Of a stretch of 64,000 nt of DNA, positions 50,328-61,500 are shown piece by piece. The notes beneath the pieces were generated by a model, which saw only the letters and a program-made list of their open reading frames with translations, was not told where the DNA came from and made no database searches. The DNA is from Phoronis australis. Lineage: Eukaryota > Animalia > Phoronida. Position 1 is the stretch's first letter. Each line of letters starts with the position of its first letter. Location of the stretch: contig NMRA01000054.1 of assembly GCA_002633005.1 (NCBI GenBank), forward strand, positions 562,952 through 626,951, written 5' to 3'. A program made the position numbers and the translations under genes.

Positions 50328-51344
50328 AGCTGCATTTACACGAGAGACAGCTGTCATGGCGCAGCTAACATGACGGCGACATCCCATTGCTCCCAACTTG
50401 TTCGATTCTATAGCCCAACAAGTTGGGAAGTTTACCTCGGTAGCCAATATCTTACATGACTGATTAACTCCGTTCTGGTATTTAAGGTTGGAGGGCCTGC
50501 ACTCTTTTGTTTGATAATTGCTCTAATCTCAAATCAGATCGTATCTAGCCTGACTGGGCTGGGCTGATAAAAATGAAAGTTAAGTTATAACATATTTGAG
50601 CTTAAACCAAAAGCAATAGCATTACTGAATTCCTCGTCAAATGCTGATCATGTTCTGTTTTTGAATCACCAAAATCGCCCAACTACAACATAAGTTAAGA
50701 CAGTCTATTCTGTCCAAATGGATTACCAACGCACTGGGTTTGACTGTTCTGAGTACGCGTTCGGTAATAGCGTGCAACCACCATACCTTTCCTTTGAAGC
50801 CTGGGACATAATTGGCCTGCTTGTTATCATATGGGACAAAAGACTGTGCTGAGCAGTTAACAAAGAAGTCAGATGTTATCGCATGTTCAGCACCCCTCAC
50901 GTCTGGAAAAGTTACTGAACGACAAAGCGCTGTAATGAACACGGAACGACTGATCAGGTGCATGTGTGTCTGTCAACATAACTGACAAGGAGCAAGTTGG
51001 CACCGCAGCAACCATTTTTGACACTGGTTTAATAGGTAGAGCGAGTTGCACTAGATCAGTTGCTCCAGTTTCAGCTACACGTCTAAACACAACTGGGGCA
51101 GGGCGGAAAGGGGTCATCTTTGAATGCGCTTGCGCAATAACTAAACATGGGTGATCCACTGACATTCCATGTACTTTGGACGTTTGCTATTGTTTGTGTA
51201 AGCATGTGCAGACAGTCTTCGTGTAAGTGACTCATGTTGATCCAGTTTGCAATCTAATGTTGTGTAAATGTGACTAATAAAAGTGGAGCAAGTCGCGTTG
51301 TGACAACTGACACGGTGACAAATGTCTCTCGTGTAAAAGCGGTT
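50328..51344. mobile_element. PIF/Harbinger-like MITE
   Basis: AGCTGCATTTACACGAGAGACA is inverted against TGTCTCTCGTGTAAAAGCGGTT. Flanks are TAG and TAA (imperfect 3-bp TSD). Confidence 0.75.
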
Positions 51345-53034
51345 TAAGAAGGTAGATCAGAAGACTCACAAACCTTAACATGTGAACATTTTCAGACCAT
51401 GGATTAGACATCAGAGATCTTACTTACGTGAATGCTGTATAAATATCAAAAGCTGTTTTGAATTGGAGATTTTGTCCTGTTTAGCAGGCTAAAAACAGAA
51501 ATCGAACTAAGCTTTTTACTGAAAATAAAATCGATCTCCTAACATTCCTTACAAGAAAAGAATTCTATTTCATAACCAAAAACAACATTGAAATCATCAG
51601 AAAATCAAGAAAACACGTCAAAGTTTTGCGAATTTGAAAATGGCACATGTACGCATTGCTTGTGACTCGAGTTGAACATCAAAACCATCAGTGAATCAAG
51701 AAAACTCTTCAGAGTTTACTGGTGTTGGCCAGCCCTAAAATTGCGAATTACCAAGATCATCATGCAAAAGAATACTATGAGAATATTATCAGTCAGAATA
51801 ATTGGATCTTAGTTTATAAGCCAGCTAATAAGGGCGAACTGCAGCTTTAACATACTATGACTATATTTGTTGCCAAAACAAAAAAGTTATATCCTGCCAC
51901 AGAAGTGACACCTGGTGTTGTTTCTAGAAATTTCTGAGATGATGGCTTTGACCATAGACACACAGTCTAGATGTCAAAGATTTAGGCTTATGCAAGATGA
52001 CAAAAGAAAAACATTATTTCGTCACAACACTGTTAACAACACCAAACAGCACTGAGCAATGAAATCAATAAATATGACAGGTCATTGCCCCTGCATTCAC
52101 ACTAGTTAATGTTTAATTAAACAATAATGCAGCTCAGAGACCATTGAACTTCACAGCATATAAAGTTTACTTTTAATGAACATTGATTTCGTAGTACACT
52201 TTCGTAGTTTATATCAAAATTTTGCTATATGTATCATGTGTACATATTGACAGTTAGTATGACTTAATTAAAGAGCCACTTCAGCATTTAACTGTCAATG
52301 TTAAATTCTTAATCGAAGCAGCATTGGGGATTAAAAACATTACCACGCTTATGCAATCTTGAATTGTTGCCGAATGAGCAAATAACTCAATATCAGACAA
52401 TGCATACAAGCATCAATTTCTCAATTTTAGGGTTGGCCAATCCCAATAAACTAATTGAAGAGTTTTCTGGAGTTGCTGATGTTTTCAATGTTCTGGTCGA
52501 TAACGGAAACAAAACCCTAACACGGTAAGAAATTATTTTCATTTCATGAGAGTAAAAAGCCAAACATGATTTTCGTGTTCTTAACAAACTAAACAGGGTG
52601 AAATGTAGCTTTAATATTCTGTGGGATCCCAGAAAAAAATTCCAAATTTGGATAACTTTGGAGCATCATAGCTCAGAAATGGATTACCGGATTCATATCT
52701 CAGATCCTACACTGTATTCACTGTTCTCCAAAATGCTGGAGATGTTTTGAAAATGTTCTACTTTTGCTTGAGGGTTTATCAAAAATGGGACTTTTACAAC
52801 ATTCACAAAAATATAAAAATGGCATAAATAGCACAAACGAAATTTGCTCATTTTATGGATGCTGTTTCGCTATGAATACAAAGTTACCTTTCTTTTTGCT
52901 AAACTTTACTAAAAAGATATAGTGACCCAATTCATAGCAGATTTGTTAAAAGTCAAAAATCTATTGGTGTTTTACTTTTAGAAAATACAAATCTTCTACT
53001 GAGTTAAAATGTTTAGCTTTGTTGATATACAAAA

Positions 53035-54230
53035 AACAAGAGCAACGCAGAGCGTTGAAATGCGCCCACAATTGCACCGCATACGGTATCCTTCTAGGGT
53101 TGTTTATTGGTACCATAAAGTGGCCAGTAGAGGGCATATATGTAGTATGTTGTACTTTGCAAAATGGAAAGGCATGGTCATTGTCTCCTCAATAGGCTAG
53201 GGGCAAAATGTGAGTGATCTTCATAATACAAGCACATCCTATACANNNNNNNNNNNNNNNNNNNNNNNNNNNNNNNNNNNNNNNNNNNNNNNNNNNNNNN
53301 NNNNNNNNNNNNNNNNNNNNNNNNNNNNNNNNNNNNNNNNNNNNNNNNNNNNNNNNNNNNNNNNNNNNNNNNNNNNNNNNNNNNNNNNNNNNNNNNNNNN
53401 NNNNNNNNNNNNNNNNNNNNNNNNNNNNNNNNNNNNNNNNNNNNNNNNNNNNNNNNNNNNNGAAAACGGGAGGATAGCGTCATCGCACTAATAGGTGCCT
53501 ACATACCAAATTTCATGAAAATCCGTTAAGGACTTGTGAAGATACAGAGGTAAACGTAAAAAACTAAAATTGCCACTAGGGGGAAACACTGGTAGGCGGA
53601 TAAGTCCAAAAGTCGTCATCGTCTGTTTTTAACATAATATAAATACACTTGTTAAATTTCGTAAAGATCCTGCGAACGGTTTAGGAGATACAGCCATAGG
53701 CGCAAAAAACCAAAACTGCCACTAGGAGGTGCCACAGTAGTCCAAATCGTCAGAAAATCATCGTCAACCGTCTTCTACATAGTAAGCATATACATGCCAA
53801 TTTTCACAATCATCCTTTAAGCGGTTTGGTTGATAGAGGGGTGGACGCACAAAAACAGACTCGAAAACACTAAAAATGGCCACTAGGTGGCGCAAACTAT
53901 GTCGAATCCATCTGAAAATGGGAAGATAGCGTCATCGCACTAATAGGTGCCTACATACCAAATTTCATGAAAATCCGTTCAGGACTTTTGAAGATACAAA
54001 GGTAAGCGTAAAAAATTAAAATTGCCACTAGGGGGCACACCGGTAGTCGGATCCGTCCGAAAGTTCGCACATGCCGTCCCATTCATAAATTGAACATATG
54101 TGCCAAATTTCATGAACATATGTCAAAGGGTTTTGGAGATAGAGCAGCGGACGCCGGACAGACGCCGCCCGGACGGAAGGACGGAGATGACGGCATAATG
54201 CGTCCACATATAAATATGTGGGCGCATAAT
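53035..54230 (+). mobile_element. Helentron-associated interspersed element (HINE, pearl/DINE-1-like architecture) with an internal satellite
   Basis: AACAAGAG start, 5' hairpin CAACGC/GCGTTG, and subTIR ATGCGCCCACA (53060-53070) inverted at 54217-54227. Also internal ~150-bp tandem units, a GGAC/GACG microsatellite, and a 3' stem-loop ATGCGTCCACATA-TAAA-TATGTGGGCGCAT. Confidence 0.85.
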
Positions 54231-55842
54231 TAGGTCCTACACAGCCTATACATTCCTAGTTTGTAAAATCTAAAAAAATATTCAAATAATTTGTATACTT
54301 TAGTGCATGTTTATGAAAACAAAAATTTACAAAGGGAGTAATGGTTTACTGCGCAGAACCTGGAACAAGACAATGCTCATGTCACAAGAATCTTTCAAAT
54401 GAGTGATAAATATAGCTGGGCTCATTAAGCTGTGGAGTTTAGATAGTACTGGTGTCAGTCTGCCAGTAAGAACCACCAACCTTGCTCCACAGCCAAGGGC
54501 AGGCGTCGCCATAGGTGGAATGGAGAATGAGTTTGAAGAGAACATGGGTTCTGGACTTACAACAGCCTTGGGCTTGAGACAAAAATCAGAAAACTGTATT
54601 TTGATGCTAACTGCTAGGCAGGCATTCTTCATTTCATACAGCTAGCTTGTCAGGCACTGCCACCTCTCAACATAGAAGAGAGGTGATCTCCCCACATTCC
54701 TGTGTATGTTTCTACTTGACCTCGAGCACATACTGACTGAAATGATGTTTAGTCTTCAATTTCGCTGACGGATTGAAGGACAACTTGAAAAATATGTTGG
54801 TTGAGGTCCATCATTTGTTCGAGCAGGGAAGAGTTAAAGACATCAATAGCCTCCTAAGAGTCCTAAAGTGTCCCTCTACATTCAAAAGATACATACAGCA
54901 ATACGACTTTGGTGTTTTATAGCCAGTATGAGGCGTGATTTGCCGAAAAGCTTCCACCGCATGGCGTTGGCATGAATACCCGATGTTTTAAAATGTCATT
55001 TTCCTCTACTATTACACCGTAGGTAAAGTAGGGAGTACTGCATATGCCATTATACAGGAAATCAGATATAGGTGCTCCGGAGGTCTGGTGAGGTCACAAC
55101 ATTACCGCGGTAATTTAAGTTGGGTAGACAGGTCCTTCTTCAAAATGGTCGTTGGGAACCAATTTGGGTGAACAACAGCCATTACCGTTATTCGGTTCCC
55201 AGCAGCCATTTGAAAGAGGGTCCTGTCTATTCGAATTTTACCTCTCACAACTAGTGAATAAGCTCTGTAGATGGTGCTACGCATTGTTACTAAGACGCCA
55301 TATTGTTTATTTACAAATTTTAATTTTACTTTCTCTGCGACCAAGTGCCCGTAAGATTTCCACATCTCTAGCCACATGAGTATCGTTATTTGTATTGTCC
55401 TTTCATTGTTTTATTCTCTTTACTTAATGAAATTTTGCCGGTATTTATACTTCCTTATTGTTTTAGACAATGATCATTCGTCTTGCTTGTTCAACTAAAT
55501 AAAATACATTGAAATACTTGCGGGTTATCGTCTATGATCGTCGTCGGTTTACTGAAGCAAAAGCAACAAGTAACGAACTACGATGCCATCGGTACCATGT
55601 CCATGCCCAGGGTGCACATGTCATGACAGCGTTTTCCCGTTCAGTGACTTTGTCTGTTACGACAACAGGCACGCCAATTATCTAGCAGGCTTATTACGGA
55701 CCGTGTGAACACCGTCAAACCCAGAGTGAACTGGTACATTCGGAAAGAATAAATTATCGTAATGTTGGTTGCAGCTGGGCAATTTTGGTAATTCAAAAAC
55801 TAAACATGGTCACCATTTGACGAGGATTTCAGAAATCATTTG

Positions 55843-56090
55843 TTCAAATATGTTATAACTTAACTTTTATTTTTAACAGAGCAGCCCAGTCAGGCTTGAT
55901 ATGATCTTATTGAAGATTAGAGCAATTATCGAACAAAAGAGAGCTGGCCCTCCAACCGTGAATGCCAGAATGGAGTTAATCAGTCGTGTAAGATATTGGC
56001 TACAGGGGTAAACTTCCCAACTTGTTGTTGGGCTATAGAAGCGAACAAGTTGGGAGCAAGGGGAACAGGCCGTAATGTAACTGCATGGGG
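55843..56090 (+). repeat. Dispersed module shared with 4196-4370 (+) and 50369-50600 (-)
   Basis: Shared string GATTAGAGCAATTAT...CCAGAATGGAGTTAATCAGTCGTGTAAGATATTGGCTAC...GAACAAGTTGGGAGCAA. Confidence 0.9.
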
Positions 56091-56257
56091 ACAATGACGT
56101 GGGATTAGGGATTGAACTACTCAAAATACATGGGTATGTTCAAACAGATCAGAATAAGCTCCTATGGTGTATGGAGGCCCTATAGCTATGACAGGAATAT
56201 CTACCGTCTGGCGTCTGTGCTAGTTGGGCTGGCCCAATTCAGATGGCGCAAGCCTAG

Positions 56258-56430
56258 TGTTGTAGAAGTGCTTCCGGTGAATCTTACGAGCCTCTAGCTA
56301 CTTGCTAACGGGCAATTGCCTATTACCTGAATGGTTAGCATGCTCGCCGTTTTTATGGGGGTTGGTAGAACTTTCCATTCCCAGGTCGGGTTAATCTCGG
56401 CTATTACTACAACTCATGGTGTAGTCGGCA
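56258..56430 (+). mobile_element. LTR with embedded tRNA-like module, followed by a tRNA-Ser-type primer binding site
   Basis: TGTTGTAG...CTACAACT (56258-56414), then TGGTGTAGTCGGCA (56417-56430), complementary to a tRNA-Ser 3' end (...TGCCGACTACG-CCA) at 13 of 14 nt. Confidence 0.7.
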
Positions 56431-56565
56431 AACGGATGTGATCTACCCAGTTGCCAACTAGTACTCGCGGAACTCGGATGGTGCGCACGGATGGTGATGG
56501 TAAAAGTTCCATTAGTCAAGGATTTGCATGAGAGACAACCTTGTGTTCACCTAGCTGTGTTGTGG

Positions 56566-56757
56566 TGGTGTAGTAATAGCCGAGATTACCCGACCCGGGG
56601 ATCGAACCAGCGACCCCCATAAAACCGGCAAGCGTGCTAACCATTCAGCTAACAAAGGCTCATATAATTCACCGGAAGCACATCTACAACATTCCCCCCT
56701 TTCCTACGGAACGGGCACGTGACAGGAAGGTGAACACCAGGAAGCACATCTACAACA
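56566..56757 (-). mobile_element. Miniature LTR retroelement (TRIM-like): truncated 5' LTR, PPT, full tRNA-containing 3' LTR, 4-bp TSD
   Basis: Minus strand reads TGTTGTAGATGTGCTTCC..., PPT GGAAAGGGGGGAA, then LTR TGTTGTAG...A-box TAGCTGAATGG...B-box GGTTCGATCCC...CTACACCA. GTGG at 56562-56565 and 56758-56761. Confidence 0.8.
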
Positions 56758-56940
56758 GTGGTAAAATGTATCAGGCAAAAGGGAAATTGATGACCTATGT
56801 GAGACAAATCTGGCCGAGGTAATTCACCTTCTTGGTGGCGCACCGTAGGGGGTAGGGAGAGCTTTAGCCCTCCACTTTTTTCAGTGCTGCCATGGCCTAT
56901 GGCCGGTGCACCACAGAGGAGCTTGGGGGGGGGGGGGATA

Positions 56941-57090
56941 TTGTAGGTTGTANATTTGCCTATTAGCTGAATGGTTAGCATGATCAACGGTTTTATGGTA
57001 CGGCTCATGCCATGGGGGTCGCTGGTTCGATTCCCGGGTCAGGACAGGTGGTCTCCGCTAATCGGCTAATTACTTATTATTACTACACCA
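56941..57090 (+). mobile_element. Third, degraded copy of the tRNA-containing LTR
   Basis: TAGCTGAATGGTTAGCA...GGTTCGATTCCCGGGTC...TACTACACCA, preceded by a G run. Confidence 0.7.
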
Positions 57091-58224
57091 GTGTTACGAC
57101 ACTTCTTGGGAATGATTTACAACTAATCCTTGGCTGAAATCATTAGAGATAGAAAATTCACATCACAACAAGTCTGCAAAATATTCACAAACCTGGGCAC
57201 AATTGACAGCCGATTTTTGTGATCCATTACCACTGATTACGAGTTTCCGTCGAGATGTGTGGCAAGCTCGCTGTGTATCTCATAGGCTACAAGAAAAATG
57301 AAGTTTGGTTAAATGTTAAAATTGCACTGTGTTAGGGTACCAGTGTCCACTCTCATGCATGTGATAGTAATTGTACATTCATACTAGGCTACGTTTTGAT
57401 ATCTATGTGGCTTCATTAACATACTGCACACTCTATTGTCCTTTACATGACAGTTATGACGCCAGCTTCACGAGAACGAGGTTTCTTGAAAGTCGTCTGA
57501 TAATCAGAGCAGCTGCAGGTAAATCAGAAATTAACTGGTTTTACTATGTTTGTTTCTGAAAATTTGGTGTTTGAATGATGCACTAATGTTTGTCAGTTTT
57601 CTTATTTGATTATTTGGTTTGTCTGTGTCGATACCTCGAGCTCGCTGTCGCGCTTCCATTAAGTTTGTCAAATGGACACAGTCGGCAGTCTTCTTCAAGT
57701 TTTTGAAGTTTTGCCAAACTTCCGACTCTGTTATTCCAGGTTATAGTCAGACACCAGTCATAAAACGGTCGTTCACCAATTGCCTACAATGTTATAAAGA
57801 CATATCAAAGTTCCATTTTAGTTGTTGTTGGCCACAGTTCATCGTGGGCCTGTCTATGGGGTACTATGAGGCCCATTTAGACCCGTTTAGCCAGGAACTT
57901 GGAAGCAGAGCGCATGGTTTCTGGAACAAACCCCCACGAAATGTTGATCTTTTCATTCGAAGTTTCCTTTAAATATTTGTCTTTTTTCGCCTCCACATTC
58001 GAAATGGGTTGGTTTCTTAATTTTCCTGCTGTAACTCCTATGAAAATTATCTCCCCCGAGGGCCTGATGTACCCTTGATGCGACTAATCTAATGTGATAA
58101 ATTATAAATATATACAGCTTTGCTCTGCCACCTATACCTATATGGGTAAAAGACTCGCCAATTAAAGTCTGACAGAAAATTAGTGCCATTAAAAAGTACA
58201 CTTGACTGTACTAAACAGTGTTCT

Positions 58225-58565
58225 ACCGTTATTCTGCTGGCTCCTGACTAGTGGAGCTATCTTGTGTCAAAAGCTTGCTGTCATCTCCCGAAGCATGTCC
58301 CAATAAATGTAGCAAGTGTCATATACGCATGTCATTGAACGTACTGTTTTTCAAGTCAATGACAGAATTTTCTCTGTGACAAAATCTAAAAAATTTTGCA
58401 CGAAATGACGGTTATTAGATTGTTTTTCACTTAACAGCTGTAACGGTCAAGGTGAGTGTGGCTTGACTCCCTGGTTTTTGCATGCACCCCCGCTGGTTGA
58501 ATGATGAGTTTCACGTTGAGGATACGAACAGAACTACCTGGGTGGTGTGAAATTTTGAGATCTAT
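58225..58565 (+). repeat. Diverged copy of the internal module of the 1555-2997 element
   Basis: ATTAGATTGTTTTTCACT is identical at 2552-2569 and 58414-58431. CAAGGTGAGTGT and AGAACTA..GGG..GTG.GAAATT are also shared. Confidence 0.75.
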
Positions 58566-61500
58566 GTGAGGTTAACACACATCTGTTCCTAACTCGTGTA
58601 TTTTTATGTTAAAATTTTTTATTAAGGCAGCTGGATGGCTACAGGGGATACTACGGTGGAGCCCTTGTCATACTAGTACTCTCAGTATCAATGTAAATTA
58701 CTGTATGATAATAATAAGTGGGATATTCCACTAAGCGGGTCTCGAGCTGGCTGTGGTCGTAACCGCTCTTATACGTTATGGTAATCATGCATAGTGAGAA
58801 GTGATAGAGTATTAGACAGGTAAACAGGAAACGAATTTTTACCCCTGGCGCCGAGATCCGGTAAGGCTAATGAATTTAAGTTGAAACAAGTTAGTTTTTA
58901 GACAGAAAAGCCAAGGTACACATGCTAATAATTTGGTAGAATCAGTTTTGCGAATTATTTAATGACAATATGCTGGATATTTTACATTGATTTAATTGGA
59001 AATGATTCATTTTTTGACATTTCACACAATAACCAGGATATGCTATTATCCACTGTTGCATTAAGTAGGCTGAACTGCACTTATTAACTGGCAATAGCAA
59101 ATCCTGGTAAAAATATGCCTTGTTAGTACTTCTTGTACGCCAACAGAAGATTTTCTGCATATGGTGCTTCACCCTGACTAATCTACCAAAATCATGTTGT
59201 TTAAGAACCTTTCTTGCGTAGTAGGACACCTTTTGAGGCAATAGATGTTCTAACTCTTAACAAATGCTGTTCAATCAAGATTTTTTGTGAACATCCTTGC
59301 ATTTATCAACAACATTTAGGACTGATCCCATTACGTTCTATGTGCTCATGGTCAAACAAATATGTACTAAAAGTGATGGGGACTGAGATCACTTGTCTGC
59401 CAGCCACGGTGAGAGGCTACAGCACAAATGGGGACCTGTCTATGATGGCACTAGGATGGATCATTGTCTGTGCTGGAACCAGCAAGCGGCGATGGGCTTT
59501 AGGTACTAGTGAGGGGTAATCTGAAGCCATTGCTCTTGCCTGTGAGCTCGAACCTCTAGGCTGTTTCCCATAACTGTACCTTTACCTGATTGGTGTAACT
59601 CGATTCTCTTGGAATTGCTTTGATCTGGCGTTGTCTTCGATTATGGTTGGAATAATGTTGTAAATCCAGCAAATGACTGGCTGCAGTGTTCGCAAAGGTA
59701 ATTGTATTGCTGTTGCGTGAGAGCTCACAAACGTTTAGGTTAATGACAATTAAATGTGTGGGTACCTGGCTGGTTTAGGTTCAATTCATGGTCATTGGTT
59801 GAATTAACTAAACATCACAAATATGGATGCTGTCAAAACGAGCTCTTTGAAGCAAATTAGTTGGTGATTGTTTTATGTATTATCTAACAGCATGGGCTGC
59901 CTCCTTGAGATGGCTGGCAGATCTAGGCATCCTTCCCAATGTCAGTAAGGTGAATGATAGCAAAAGTGTCTGTTGGTGGCACTTTACTGGAAGTTTGAGT
60001 TTCCCTAGAGAACTGCTTGCGACTTTTCTCTAGCTTTTCAGCAGAAATTATAGCAACCAGACTTACTTCAAAGGCAAAAGACACACGCACATGCCTACCA
60101 GAAGGGGTGTGGAAAGCACCATTGTTTATCGTTGAATATTCTTTTGTGAAGAGTCCAACTTTAAAAGTAATACAGTTAATTAGAAAATATATTACTTTTT
60201 TACCATTTATTCTTCAAACATAACATTACAAATAGTAAACAATAATGCTGCGGCAATGACATTAAAATAATTTATTGGTGAAAATGACTCATTCTTTGAC
60301 AGCTAACAAGTCTCGCTAATGAAAGCAATTTGTTCCCTGAGGGATAAATACCTGTACTTTAGTGGAATTTTCACCTCCTGTGAAAAGAAGTTAATTAAGG
60401 TCACATGAAAAAGGAAACTGAACAAAAATGGAACTCTTTTGTGGCGATGGTCTATGCATAGCCACTTTCTGGAATGCCACAAGGCCCTCTCTGATTCAGC
60501 TTGGCATGCAACTTTACTAATCACAACTTTTCATTTGTTTGCCATTTGTCAGTCTAATGCCACTGAGGTATTACTGTTTCATATTAAGTTGCAATGCAAA
60601 ATTTGAAAAAAACTATGTGAGCATTCATAAATTATTCTTCCCTTCTGCATCTCAACTCAGAAATGCCTTAGCAGCTTTACCATAGGCCAATCGTATAGTA
60701 CATTTTTCTTCTTCCACGACAGGAGACTTTTCATTCAAAATGAATTGTTTTTTTTGCACAATTTATAACACATTTTTTAAACTTTCCTAATATTTTAGAA
60801 ATTACCATTTCCTCTGAATAGTGCATTGGGAAGCTTCACTTTTTACCTTATGTTATGAAGTGGTTGGAGGGAGTGGAGGATGTGTGGCAAGCCATGATGC
60901 ATGCATGTGTGCAGATTAGGATTGTTCATCATTCCGATTTTGGAATTAAAATGTTTGCCAGGTCCGACAAACACCCCAGAAAGTTTGAACTTTCCGCTAA
61001 GGCTCATGGTGATGACAGGTGAATCACAGGTCAGGGCAATTGCTTTTCAAATTTTGTCTTATTGCAGAAAAAGTTAATGTCGAGCCCTTTCCTCCAGAGC
61101 AACTTTTAATAGAAGTACCCCCAGGATTTCCTCATTGTTGTGATGTTCTGATTGACATACAGATGTTAACAGATGAAATTTCATTTTGTCAAATTTCTCA
61201 ATAAAAATGACTCTTCAGGAAAATTTACTTTGCTTTTAGCAGGTTTTGTGTGGTGTGGCTATTATCAAACAACATTTTGTAAAATTTCCAGCAGGAAACA
61301 AAGTGGTAAGCCTCTGAAAATAAAAATATTAATAGCAATTTTAGCACAATTATTTTTGTCCTAAATTCAAGAATTTTTGTCGTAGTTGTTTCTGACATCA
61401 TATCTAATGATGTTCGGGACTATTGATTCGAAATGTTGAATGTTAGAAATGAATGTTCAAAATTATTGGCAATTGTTTGGTATTTGGCAGCCAATTGAGT

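Noticed and set aside
60880-60980. IGMMNN...H peptide resembling negative-strand RNA virus polymerase motif B
   Set aside because: The match is poor and no neighbouring SDD motif C was found, so there is no support for an endogenous viral element.
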